Counted from the first letter of the stretch, positions 1 through 9,493 are shown. The stretch: DNA of 30,513 nt from Promethearchaeota archaeon (GCA_048939995.1 JBHLOY010000019.1:1-30513); one strand, 5' to 3'. The notes: generated by a model not told the origin, from the sequence alone. Made by a program: numbers and translations.

Positions 1-1184
1 TGGGATGCGGAGATTGCGGATTTGCCATTAGACCCGCAGTAGGAAGATATTTAACTTGCCCTGTAAAAGAAGCAAAAGAAGAAGAGGGATTTGAACTCTA
101 TTTTTCGCGAGGCAGAATGAATGTACTTAAAAGTATTTTGCAAGGACAAATTCCTTTGAGTAAGGAACTTGCTGAATGGGTATACCAATGTAGTGAGTGT
201 AAAAACTGCTCAGAGGTTTGCCACATGTCTCAAAATGAATATGTAATTCTTCCTACATGTAATTGGATTGATCATGTAAGAGTTTGGGAAGCGTTACGTA
301 AAGATTTAGTCGAAGCTGGATTTGCCCCTCTTGAACGACATAGTGAGTTACTTGAATATATGAATAATGATCAGATGAAGAATCCATACGGCGAGGATAG
401 AGAGAAAAAATTTGAATGGGTAAGCCAATTTCCTCAGATCAAAGAAGCTGGAGAACTCATGTTTTTTGGAGGATGCACTATACCACTAAGACAATTGAGT
501 ACCCTAAAGAATATGATGACTGTCTTAAAAGCAGCAGGGAAAGATGTAGCTATCTCTAGAGACGAATGGTGTTGTGGATCTATAGCTTTGCGGATTGGTG
601 ATGAGAAATCTTTATCAGAAATAGTGAGACATAATATTGATGTCTTTAGAAATAAAGGGGCTAAAGTTCTATTTACTGCGTGTGCTGGATGTTACCGAAC
701 ATGGAAAAAAGATTATCCAGAACTAATAAGGGAAGAACTACCATTTGAAGTAAAGCATATAACAGAGATTTTAATAGAATTGTTAACGAATAATGAAATC
801 GAATTTAAACCTGAGCAAATAGAAAAAATAAAAGTCACTTACCACGATCCATGTCATTTGGGTCGTCATATGAATTTATATGATATCCCTAGAGATATTA
901 TCCAAAAAATTCCAGGTATTGAGCTAATTGAAATGAAGAGAAATAGAAAAGATGCTTGGTGTTGTGGAGCAGGTGGAGGAGTTAAAAGTCAATTTTCTGA
1001 CCTAGCTGTTACAATTTCATTAGAAAGAATCCAAGAAGCAATCGAGACGGGTGCAGAAATATTATTAACCAGTTGCCCTTTTTGCGTAGACAATTTAAAT
1101 GATGCCTTAAAACTCATGGATCAGCAAATAAAAATGAAAATAAAAGTTATGGATATTATTGATTTAATTGCCTCAATAATTTAA
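1..1184 (+). CDS. Fe-S oxidoreductase, GlpC/HdrD-like (ferredoxin-type Cys motifs plus two CCG domains); 5'-truncated by window edge
   Basis: The frame is open from base 3 (GCGDCGF...TCPVKE...SRGR) upstream of the ORF-track ATG at 117. Motifs: CSECKNCSEVC, GGC, WCCG, ACAGC, YHDPCHLGR, WCCGAGGG, TSCPFC. Confidence 0.9.
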   Translation, partial: GCGDCGFAIRPAVGRYLTCPVKEAKEEEGFELYFSRGRMNVLKSILQGQIPLSKELAEWVYQCSECKNCSEVCHMSQNEYVILPTCNWIDHVRVWEALRKDLVEAGFAPLERHSELLEYMNNDQMKNPYGEDREKKFEWVSQFPQIKEAGELMFFGGCTIPLRQLSTLKNMMTVLKAAGKDVAISRDEWCCGSIALRIGDEKSLSEIVRHNIDVFRNKGAKVLFTACAGCYRTWKKDYPELIREELPFEVKHITEILIELLTNNEIEFKPEQIEKIKVTYHDPCHLGRHMNLYDIPRDIIQKIPGIELIEMKRNRKDAWCCGAGGGVKSQFSDLAVTISLERIQEAIETGAEILLTSCPFCVDNLNDALKLMDQQIKMKIKVMDIIDLIASII

Positions 1185-1378
1185 AAATCATAATCTCCCT
1201 CATGCCAATTATAATCATTGTATCCTCTTTCTTCTTCTTCTGTTAATTCTTCATCCCAGTCTTTTTCTTCTTCTATCAATTCCTTTTCATCATGATCTAA
1301 TCCATTTAATTCATTAGCTTTTATTATAACCGAATCATCATTAATTCTGGATTTAATACTTTTAAGTCTTTTTTTCAT
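1181..1378 (-). CDS. Small hypothetical protein with basic N-terminus and very acidic C-terminus (~65 aa)
   Basis: GGAGGT RBS 7 nt upstream of ATG at 1378 (MKKRLKS...). Stop overlaps the convergent gene's stop (TTAA). Confidence 0.6.
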   Translation of the reverse strand: MKKRLKSIKSRINDDSVIIKANELNGLDHDEKELIEEEKDWDEELTEEEERGYNDYNWHEGDYDF

Positions 1379-1634
1379 ACCAATGACCTCCATTTTAAAT
1401 TCAATTGATTCTCAATAATCTAATTTCGAAAAGGGTCTTTTAAAAATACGTATTTAATATTTTAGCAATTTTTTTAATTTTCTTTATTGAAATTCACTAA
1501 TTTTGTAATAATTCTTTAGTTTTATAAATTAAAGATGAAAATTTTGTTTCTATTAACTTTCTGTAAAGCTTTTAGAGAATTATTAAATATTAAAAGACTT
1601 TATATATTACAATCTAAATTTGAATTGATCTTAA

Positions 1635-3050
1635 ATGCATAAACTAAAATATTTGACTGAAGAAGAAGTCAAGAGTTTATTAAGCTCTCCCTTAACCGAA
1701 AGTGAAATCAATAAGTGTCGTAAACATCTCTTAGTAAATGTTCGAGAGCATATAATTGTGGGAAGTAAAGAACCCAGTTCGATCTATTTTAAGACTCAAG
1801 AAGGTCGTGAGATTTTGGATTGTACTTCTCAAGCTTGGGTATTTAGTTTGGGACATAATAATCCAGATATTAGTTATACTTTAGGACTCCAGTCTCAAAT
1901 AAATACTCATACATGGTCCTATTTTCTAACACCAATTAGAATAAGATTCACAAATAAAATCGCAGATATTGCTCCTGGTCAATTGAAGGGTGGTAAAGTT
2001 AGTGTTAACAACTCGGGAGGGGGATGGGCGCTTGAATGTGCTATGAGATTAGCGATGATTAATAATAAGAGGGGAGATCAATTTATAGTATTCAGAAGGG
2101 CTTATCACGGCTCTAGTTTAGTTATGATGGGAGCTTCTCAACGCTTACCAATGAGGTTTTCTGGTTTTGGACGTGAACACTGGCTTCGAGCTTTTTATCC
2201 TTATTGTTATAGGTGCCCATGGAATTATAAAGAAGGTTTTGGAGGATTACGTGATAAATCCTGTCATCTTGAATGTCTAGAAATGATTCGGCAAAATATA
2301 GAGATGTATGCATCAGGGACACCAATTGGATGTATTATAGAGCCAATGCAGGGTCCTGGAGGCCAAATTCCTGCTCCTGTTGATTTCTTGATGGGTTTGA
2401 AAAAAATCTGTAAAAATAACAACATTTTATTAATATATGACGAAGCCCAGACGGGATTTGGACGTACAGGTAAAATATTTGCCTCTGAATGGTATGAATC
2501 AAGTTATGGAATGGATGTTTCTCCAGACATCATGACTTTAACGAAAGCTGCTGCTGCCGGTGTTCCCATAGGAATTACTGTAGCATCACCTAAACTGCGC
2601 ACATTGACAGAATTTGAAGAACACACTACTTTTTCTTCACCTCCATTAGCAATGGCTTCATGTCTAATAAATATTGAGATTTTACAAAAGCATAAGATAC
2701 CAGAAAATGCAGCAAAACAAGGAAAAAAGATTTCCTCTTATATAAAGGACCTCTCAGAAGAAATTCCAGAGATAGGTGATGTTCGAGGTCCTGGCTTATT
2801 TATCGGAGTTGAGTTCATAAAAGATGTTAAATCTCGGGAACCTCACAACGAATTATTAAACAAGTTAATTCACGTTGGGTGGAAAAATGGTATATTTTTC
2901 GGTGAGCAAATGCAGATTATGTCTACAGCTGGATATTATATCCAAAATACCTTAAAAATTAAACCTCCTCTTATAATAACTGATGAGGAAGCAGAAAAGA
3001 TATGCGAACTATTTGAAAAAACTGTAAAAGAAGCTTTAAAAACTCTTTAA
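1635..3050 (+). CDS. Class III PLP-dependent aminotransferase (GabT/ArgD-like)
   Basis: Motifs LGHNNP, AYHG, IIEPMQGPGG, DEAQTGFGRTG, PDIMTLTK (PLP lysine), GDVRGPGLFIGVE, LKIKPPL. Confidence 0.93.
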   Translation: MHKLKYLTEEEVKSLLSSPLTESEINKCRKHLLVNVREHIIVGSKEPSSIYFKTQEGREILDCTSQAWVFSLGHNNPDISYTLGLQSQINTHTWSYFLTPIRIRFTNKIADIAPGQLKGGKVSVNNSGGGWALECAMRLAMINNKRGDQFIVFRRAYHGSSLVMMGASQRLPMRFSGFGREHWLRAFYPYCYRCPWNYKEGFGGLRDKSCHLECLEMIRQNIEMYASGTPIGCIIEPMQGPGGQIPAPVDFLMGLKKICKNNNILLIYDEAQTGFGRTGKIFASEWYESSYGMDVSPDIMTLTKAAAAGVPIGITVASPKLRTLTEFEEHTTFSSPPLAMASCLINIEILQKHKIPENAAKQGKKISSYIKDLSEEIPEIGDVRGPGLFIGVEFIKDVKSREPHNELLNKLIHVGWKNGIFFGEQMQIMSTAGYYIQNTLKIKPPLIITDEEAEKICELFEKTVKEALKTL

Positions 3051-3053
3051 ACC

Positions 3054-3065
3054 TTTTTTTTCTTT
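3054..3065 (+). terminator. Oligo-T tract, probable archaeal intrinsic terminator
   Basis: TTTTTTTTCTTT starts 4 nt after the aminotransferase stop codon. Confidence 0.45.
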
Positions 3066-3118
3066 AACTCTTAAAAGATAATAAAAATATTATAAAAGGA
3101 TATCAATTTTTCTCTATC

Positions 3119-3802
3119 ATGGAGGATTTTTCAATTTATCTTCAGCCTTCAGAATTCTTTGACTTTGACAAAAAAATCGTAAAAAATCAAGTAAAAAAAA
3201 TCGTTATTGGGTTAGATACTGTCAAAGAAAAAGCTATTGCATTATTTTATTGGGTAAGAAATGAAATTAAATATAATATGGCAACTTATCTGCCTAATTC
3301 AAAATCTCATTTTAAAGCAAGTGTTACTCTAAGGAGAAGAAATGGTTTTTGTGTTTCAAAATCTATTTTATTATCATCCTTTGCTAGAGCTATTGGAATT
3401 CCTGCTCGTATTCATTTAGTTGATTTAATCAATCATAAAGTGTCTCATAAGGTTATTGAATTCATGGGTCATAATGTTATGTATTACCATGGATATAGTG
3501 AATTTTACTTGGATCGGAAATGGTTAAAGCTAACACCTTCTTTCGATAAAGCAACAGCTATAAAAGGAGGATTCCTTCCAATGGTAGAATTTGATGGAGA
3601 ATCTGATGCTGTTTTTCCTCCTTATGATAACGAAGGTAACCTTTTTGGTGAATATATTAAAGATAGAGGAATCCACGCTGATTTACCATTAGAAGAAATA
3701 GATCGCGTTTTTGAAGAGAAATATGAGAAATATGCAAGATATAAAAAAGGACTTTCAATAAACTCTATGAAGGGAGAAGAAGTTTTCAAATATAGGAAAT
3801 AA
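3119..3802 (+). CDS. Transglutaminase-like family protein
   Basis: Motifs LFYWVRNEIKY, GFCVSKS (catalytic Cys), RAIGIPAR, HGYSEFY (His), WLKLTP (Thr at the usual third-triad Asp position). Confidence 0.88.
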   Translation: MEDFSIYLQPSEFFDFDKKIVKNQVKKIVIGLDTVKEKAIALFYWVRNEIKYNMATYLPNSKSHFKASVTLRRRNGFCVSKSILLSSFARAIGIPARIHLVDLINHKVSHKVIEFMGHNVMYYHGYSEFYLDRKWLKLTPSFDKATAIKGGFLPMVEFDGESDAVFPPYDNEGNLFGEYIKDRGIHADLPLEEIDRVFEEKYEKYARYKKGLSINSMKGEEVFKYRK

Positions 3803-3936
3803 TTAGAGTGAAAAATTACTTCATCTTTTTTTAAAATTTGAAAAATTTTTGTAATTAATCTATTAATTAAGAAGGAAAAAAATTTTAAAATTAAATGCTA
3901 TTTAACTATTAAATACAATAAGAAAAGTAGCTAAAA

Positions 3937-4881
3937 ATGTCACCCGTTGGAATTGTCCTTTATGAGATAGATGAATCATTTGGACCTAATATTCTTGCTG
4001 AATATTATTTATCCCAAACAAGCAAGATAACCCCAGAAATATTAAAAGATTTTATAGAAAGCCATATTGATAAAGAATTTTTAAATGCTTCTGTCCGTAA
4101 AAATGATTTAAGATACTTCTCAAGTAAAATTGATGCAAAATCTATTCAAAAAGAAAATTTGTATATTGGCTTTATTCTAAAAGAGGAAGAAGATCTTGTT
4201 TCCATGAAAAGCATCATTAAACAAATTGCTGATGAAATTATCCAAGATTTTTCTAAAGATAGGGCTCAGATGGAAGAAATTTTGAAGAAAGAATTAAATT
4301 CGATATTTTCCTTGATGGAAAAGCTAAAAGAGCCAACATTGATTAAAGATACTATAAACGAAAAAACTAAGAAAATGATAGATGATGGTAAGCTGCAAGA
4401 GGCGAGAGAATTAATTGCCCTTGGTGAAGAAATACCTGAAAAGCTATCAGATGAAGTTGTGAATGCAGAACAACTACTTAAAGAAAAAATGTATAAAAAA
4501 GCAAAGAAGAGTTTTTTAAATGCAGCAGAATTAGCAGGAACTATTCAAGAAAGAGAAATTCAAGCTTTTTTAGAGAGTAAAGCTGAACAAATCGATAAAT
4601 TTCCTGAATTAATAAAGGAACGGGATCAAATGCTCAAAGAAGTTGAAAAGTTCATAGCACTATTACACCAAAATAAGCTTCATCTATACCATGAACTACT
4701 CAAACCAGTGAATAGATTGATTAATATTTCAAATACTTTTGAAGAACAAAGCTTATCTGAAACTTTATCTAATATCTCAACTGATCTCAAAAGAGCTGAT
4801 CAATTAGCTAAGGAACTATTTAATTTAGATAAAAAATTTAAAGATTTTTTTGAGAACCTTCACAGAAACTCTGAAAATTAA
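3937..4881 (+). CDS. Hypothetical protein with N-terminal longin/uDENN-like domain and helical C-terminal region
   Basis: N-terminus GIVLYEIDESFGPNILAEY fits the beta1-(F/I)DxxxGP-beta2 start of uDENN/longin domains. The remainder is E/K/L-rich and helical. Confidence 0.6.
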   Translation: MSPVGIVLYEIDESFGPNILAEYYLSQTSKITPEILKDFIESHIDKEFLNASVRKNDLRYFSSKIDAKSIQKENLYIGFILKEEEDLVSMKSIIKQIADEIIQDFSKDRAQMEEILKKELNSIFSLMEKLKEPTLIKDTINEKTKKMIDDGKLQEARELIALGEEIPEKLSDEVVNAEQLLKEKMYKKAKKSFLNAAELAGTIQEREIQAFLESKAEQIDKFPELIKERDQMLKEVEKFIALLHQNKLHLYHELLKPVNRLINISNTFEEQSLSETLSNISTDLKRADQLAKELFNLDKKFKDFFENLHRNSEN

Positions 4882-4893
4882 ATATAAAAAGGC

Positions 4894-6678
4894 TTAAATT
4901 TCATCTGCGGGTTTTTCTTCTTCTTCAGGTGGTTGATACTCTCCAATATCCGGAAACAGAATTTTAGCGATATTCCATCCTTCTTTACTAGGATAAGTTA
5001 GCGCATTAGCAATTAATTCTTCACCCGTATTATTATCAAGCTCGAATTTATGGATGTTTGGATTGTTTTCTAAAATTAATTCAAATTTTGCACCTGCTGA
5101 ACCAACGGGGACTATTAATATGGCTGCATCGATCGCGTCTACTTCAATTGCGTCTTTTAAACGCTTTGCGGCATAATAACCGGCTACTCCAGCACTTCTA
5201 TCGAAGGTCTTTATTGAGGGTATCTCAAGACCCCATTTTTTATCTCCAACTTCAATTAAAGCTGCTAGGGTTTGACTTCTTTTGCCTAGCATAAACTTAT
5301 ACTCCATCTGGGTTTTAAATTGTTTGCTTTTTTCTTCTCCTATCTTTATAATACTCTTTAGTGTAGCTCCAGCTACAGATGATGGATTTACGTCTATGGC
5401 GTATTCTTCTTCTGCTAATATATCTTCAATTGTCTTCTTTATAACCTCTCGAGGTTTTGAAAAATCTATAACTTCTTCTTCCTCTTCCATTGAAGGCGGT
5501 CTTGGAGAAGCAACTAGTTCTGCTCCAACTACCATTAACTCTTCAACACTCATCTCTTCCATCACTAATTTATCAATGAATCTCCTGCATAACTTTATAG
5601 AATTTCTCGGATTTCCTTGAGTCTTCTCATAGATCATTTCAATTATTTTCTCGTTTAAAGGAAATAACGGATAAAGTGGAGGGTTCAAATTATTATCATC
5701 CCAAAAAACTTCCATGGTTCTTGAATAATATATTTTTAAATCATTTAAGCTAAAGGGTTTTAGATCTTGCTCAGGCTCCATTCTTGAACGCAGAGGTTGA
5801 TCAGCTATTTCTAAAATACGAGGCCAGATTTCCTTTAAAACGGCTACTATAATTACTAGACCTTTCACCTCATTATATAATCTTTTCAAAATCTCAAGGA
5901 ATTTTTGTTCAGCAGCTTCTCCAAGCATTCTATATGGAGATTCTAATTCATCAAAATAAAGAATTAAGACCGTATCTAAATTCTCAGTAATAATTTTAAT
6001 CATAGCTAAACAAACATCGTCATCTTCAACAACACTATTGATTCCAAGTTCAGATAATTCTTCATCTTCTAAATCCTCACCAAGTAACCATCTTTCTGCT
6101 AATGCTTTCTTACTTTTATCCAGTTGGTATAATACTAAAGCCTTAACACAGTCCGCAAAAACTCCAGGAAATTCTCTTATTCCCTTTTGGATAACTTCAT
6201 CAACTTTAGGTTTCTGGAAAATTCCTCCCTTTTTTCCTCCCCATTTCTCTCTAACTAACTTTTCTGAAACAATATCAAGGATTCCAGCACCCAATTCCTC
6301 AATAATGCATGTATAAACATGAAGTAAAACCCTGATACTTGCCGGAGGACTTGGTACATAAGCTATACTCCAATCTACTGGTTCTAATTGGCTAACTTCA
6401 ACTTCTTCTTCCTCAGTTGTTTGTTCTAATTTCTTCCTATTTTCGCGTTCTTTATCCTTGAATGAATGGTACGCGTGAGTTTTACCAGTACCAGCAGAAC
6501 CTAATATTGGGATAAGTCTTGAGCTCCGATCTCTGTATGTTTGTCGGACTAATCTATATACCTCTCGATCTATATGACTCCTCGGTCTGCTGATATCAAC
6601 CTTGTCTGCTATATCTCCTCGTGAGACAAAATTGCTGAATGGTAAGATAGGAGCCTCTCTTAGTACATCCAGATACAT
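4894..6678 (-). CDS. AAA+ P-loop ATPase (BrxD/DUF2791-like or Cdc6-related) with a C-terminal alpha/beta domain
   Basis: Walker A GSAGTGKT, Walker B LILYFDELE, Arg finger PLRSRM, sensor-2 GNPRNSI, and AERWLLGE in a helical insert. The frame stays open upstream to ATT at 6717. Confidence 0.8.
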   Translation of the reverse strand: MYLDVLREAPILPFSNFVSRGDIADKVDISRPRSHIDREVYRLVRQTYRDRSSRLIPILGSAGTGKTHAYHSFKDKERENRKKLEQTTEEEEVEVSQLEPVDWSIAYVPSPPASIRVLLHVYTCIIEELGAGILDIVSEKLVREKWGGKKGGIFQKPKVDEVIQKGIREFPGVFADCVKALVLYQLDKSKKALAERWLLGEDLEDEELSELGINSVVEDDDVCLAMIKIITENLDTVLILYFDELESPYRMLGEAAEQKFLEILKRLYNEVKGLVIIVAVLKEIWPRILEIADQPLRSRMEPEQDLKPFSLNDLKIYYSRTMEVFWDDNNLNPPLYPLFPLNEKIIEMIYEKTQGNPRNSIKLCRRFIDKLVMEEMSVEELMVVGAELVASPRPPSMEEEEEVIDFSKPREVIKKTIEDILAEEEYAIDVNPSSVAGATLKSIIKIGEEKSKQFKTQMEYKFMLGKRSQTLAALIEVGDKKWGLEIPSIKTFDRSAGVAGYYAAKRLKDAIEVDAIDAAILIVPVGSAGAKFELILENNPNIHKFELDNNTGEELIANALTYPSKEGWNIAKILFPDIGEYQPPEEEEKPADEI

Positions 6679-6903
6679 TTGCTTGTCATCATCACTAAGT
6701 TCAGAATAAATACTAATCCACTCTTAACTATTTTTAATAATAAATTACAAAATTTTTAATTGGAATAATTTTATTAATCTAAACAATTTTTTCTAGAATA
6801 TAAGCTGTAATATTTTTAGCTTTTATGTATTTTATATTATAATTCAAATTTAAAAATTTATTTAGCGATAATATCAATTAATTTTTAGGTGAGGTATGAA
6901 TTT

Positions 6904-7557
6904 ATGCCACCAAAAGAAAGAAATGAAGATGAAGACGATGAGGATGAATCTGAGGATCCCTTTGATTTATTCAAAAAGTTTGGAGATCCAGAAAAGTTAT
7001 TTAAGAATTTTGATATGGGAAAATTATTCAATGCAGAACAGTTTCAACAAATTTTCAAGGAAGTTTTTAGACAGATAATGAAAGATTTACCAAAGAATTT
7101 ACAAGACATGACTCCAGAGGAAATTACAAAAGAGATTTGGAAGAATCGTCATAAATATATTAAAGGACCTATTATGTATGGTTTTAATATTACTTCTGGA
7201 CCTGATGGAAAGCCTACTGTCGATTCTTTTGGCACAATAAAACCTGAAACCTTCACTGGAAAAACAAAGGTAAAAAAAGAACGGGAACCGCTAGTAGAAG
7301 TTAGCGAGGATGCAAATCAAATCATTGTTGTAGCAGAGATGCCTGGAGTAACTAGAGATGATATAGAATTAAAAGCAACTACCCGCTCCTTAACTATTTC
7401 AACTAAACCGGAATCGAATAGGAAATATTTTAAAGAGGTAAAGTTGCCTACCGCAATCAATTCTGATTATGCTAAAGCTCGCTATGTTAATGGCATACTT
7501 GAAATAAAGTTGAGAAAAATTGATGAGAAAGAAACGGATATCAAAATTGATAGCTAA
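6904..7557 (+). CDS. hsp20: Archaeal small heat-shock protein Hsp20 (alpha-crystallin domain)
   Basis: Motifs GPIMYGFNITSGPDGKPTVDSFG, REPLVEV, VVAEMPGV, AKARYVNGILEIKL. GAGGT RBS precedes ATG 6904 (the ORF track starts at GTG 6889). Confidence 0.92.
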   Translation: MPPKERNEDEDDEDESEDPFDLFKKFGDPEKLFKNFDMGKLFNAEQFQQIFKEVFRQIMKDLPKNLQDMTPEEITKEIWKNRHKYIKGPIMYGFNITSGPDGKPTVDSFGTIKPETFTGKTKVKKEREPLVEVSEDANQIIVVAEMPGVTRDDIELKATTRSLTISTKPESNRKYFKEVKLPTAINSDYAKARYVNGILEIKLRKIDEKETDIKIDS

Positions 7558-7575
7558 TGTTTATCAATGTAAAAT

Positions 7576-7725
7576 TTAATCTTGTTCCTCTTTTGCTACT
7601 TCTTCCAAGAGTATATTTTTAAGAATATTTTTGTCGCTTGGTTCTATCTTATCATGAGGAGTTAAGACTTTATAGATATACATATCTTCCCTATTTCCAT
7701 GGCGGATGACTTTCTCCCAATCCAT
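7576..7725 (-). CDS. Possible small hypothetical protein (~49 aa, MDWEKVIRHG...)
   Basis: Protein-like composition from ATG 7725 and convergent with hsp20. No recognisable motif. Confidence 0.3.
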   Translation of the reverse strand: MDWEKVIRHGNREDMYIYKVLTPHDKIEPSDKNILKNILLEEVAKEEQD

Positions 7726-7990
7726 ATTAATTTTTATTGTAACTTTTGATATTAAAAAAATTTGCGTTTTTTCAGGCGACAAAAAAGAACTAACATTTAA
7801 GAGGAAAAATCATCAAAAAAATGCACATATAACACTGTAACCGAGATATCTTTGAATAGAATTGAGATTTGTATACGAAGAGAATTAAGATTTAAAGTTT
7901 TTTAGCAAGATGTTGACCTTTCATGAAATTATTAAATTCATCATTACTTATGGAATATAAGTATGTTTTAATTGTAAAGTATAAAATCTT

Positions 7991-8010
7991 CGTGAAACGC
8001 CAATTTCACG
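7991..8010. promoter_or_regulatory. Perfect inverted repeat CGTGAAA-N6-TTTCACG, candidate operator
   Basis: Relatively GC-rich dyad in an AT-rich intergenic region, ~80 nt upstream of the VOC gene. Confidence 0.35.
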
Positions 8011-8088
8011 CTTAAACTAATATACGTAAATATACATTTAATCTATATAAATATAATTTTCAATCTTAAAATTAAGAAAAGTTAAACA

Positions 8089-8502
8089 ATGACACCTGAA
8101 AATAGCTTAATTAGAAAAATAGATTGTGTAAGAATTCCTGTATCAGATTTAGATTTAGGTTTAAAGTTTTATAGAGATTCATTGGGTCATGAATTGATTT
8201 GGCGTACAGACACAAGCATTGGTTTAAAGATTCCTGAGAGTGAAGCAGAATTGGTTATCCATACTGAACCCGATGAATTCGAAGTTGATTTTAAAGTGAA
8301 TTCAGTAATAAGTGCTACTGAACAGTTTAAGGATGCTGGTGGAAAAATAATCTCAGGTCCTTTTGATATCCCCATAGGAAAATGTGTAGTCGTTAAAGAT
8401 CCTTGGGATAATAAATTTATTCTTCTTGATTCATCTAAGGGTGCTTATAAAACTGATTTATCAGGTAAAGTCATAGGTCTTAATTCAGACGAAAAAACCT
8501 AA
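8089..8502 (+). CDS. VOC family (glyoxalase/bleomycin resistance) protein
   Basis: Motifs IDCVRIPVSDLDLGLKFYRDSLG, GGKIISGPFDIPIG, DPWDN. Confidence 0.88.
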   Translation: MTPENSLIRKIDCVRIPVSDLDLGLKFYRDSLGHELIWRTDTSIGLKIPESEAELVIHTEPDEFEVDFKVNSVISATEQFKDAGGKIISGPFDIPIGKCVVVKDPWDNKFILLDSSKGAYKTDLSGKVIGLNSDEKT

Positions 8503-8512
8503 ATTTGCATCT

Positions 8513-9469
8513 TTAATTATTTTGAATTTTTCTGAGCTTTCTTTTGATATCTTGAATAAACTGCGGATTTATAGCTTGTTTTCCGGAAAAAATTTTACTG
8601 TATTTAAATCCTGCTCTTGGTTTGTGACCTCCCCCACCAAATTCAAGTGCAAAATCTCTACAATTAATATAATCACTCGATATAATAATCTCATTAAATC
8701 TTGTATCAATTCCTATGTAAACTTTCATATTAGGATAGTTCGCTTTTATTATATCAGTGATTTTTCCTCCGCTTATTCTCGCAAATGAAATGGCTAGATT
8801 TCCAAAATACTCAATATTTACAAATTCAATATGATTTAGAGCAAAAGCCGACTCTTCTTTAAACCATGTTTGTAAATCATCTAGTTGAGCCCTAAACCAT
8901 GGATCCTGAAAAGCACCTTTAGATAATAATGAAACTAACTTAATCTTCTCTTTATACTTATCTTCTCCACGATTATACCCAATAATTAATTGTAATTCAC
9001 CTGCAAAAAGAAATTTATTTGTTTTAAAGTCAGAGTCTCTTGCCAATTCAGCTATCTTTAACGCAACTGTATCATTAGGTAAATAATAATCTTTAACTAT
9101 TTCAGCAGCACACTTCAAAGGATCATTTAAATAAAGAAAAATTGAACTCATAATCTTATCTTTAATTTCACTGTTAACTATGTGGTGGTCAAACCAAAAA
9201 ATATTAGCCCCTTTTTTTTTTAATTCTTCAAATAATAGGAATAAATCTTGAAAATCCTCATTAAAGCCAATATCTGTTATGATTAATTTAGTGGGGATAG
9301 GATCTAATTTTGAAATATTTTTCATTTTTTCAACAAAATCTAAATAATGGGCAAAGTGTTGTATAAATTTAGGGCTTTCTTCTTCAAAATGTAAGTCAAA
9401 ATATCTTTTTAGAATTGCCTGAGAACCAATGCCATCCAAATCATGCTCATGAGTAATTGAGATTATCAT
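8513..9469 (-). CDS. DHH/DHHA1 family phosphoesterase (NrnB-like nanoRNase/pAp phosphatase)
   Basis: Motifs THEHDLDG, ITDIG, WFDHH, GGGGH..AGF. Confidence 0.9.
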   Translation of the reverse strand: MIISITHEHDLDGIGSQAILKRYFDLHFEEESPKFIQHFAHYLDFVEKMKNISKLDPIPTKLIITDIGFNEDFQDLFLLFEELKKKGANIFWFDHHIVNSEIKDKIMSSIFLYLNDPLKCAAEIVKDYYLPNDTVALKIAELARDSDFKTNKFLFAGELQLIIGYNRGEDKYKEKIKLVSLLSKGAFQDPWFRAQLDDLQTWFKEESAFALNHIEFVNIEYFGNLAISFARISGGKITDIIKANYPNMKVYIGIDTRFNEIIISSDYINCRDFALEFGGGGHKPRAGFKYSKIFSGKQAINPQFIQDIKRKLRKIQNN

Positions 9470-9493
9470 ACTAGTTTCAAAAAAATTGCATTA

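Noticed and set aside
4894-6888. ATPase as Orc1/Cdc6 with adjacent replication origin
   Set aside because: No recognisable ORB repeats with G-strings in the 6724-6888 gap, and the C-terminus does not look like a winged helix.
7783-7890. Selenocysteine readthrough of tandem TGA TGA upstream of the 68-aa ORF
   Set aside because: No upstream start codon, no selenoprotein-like context and no convincing SECIS.
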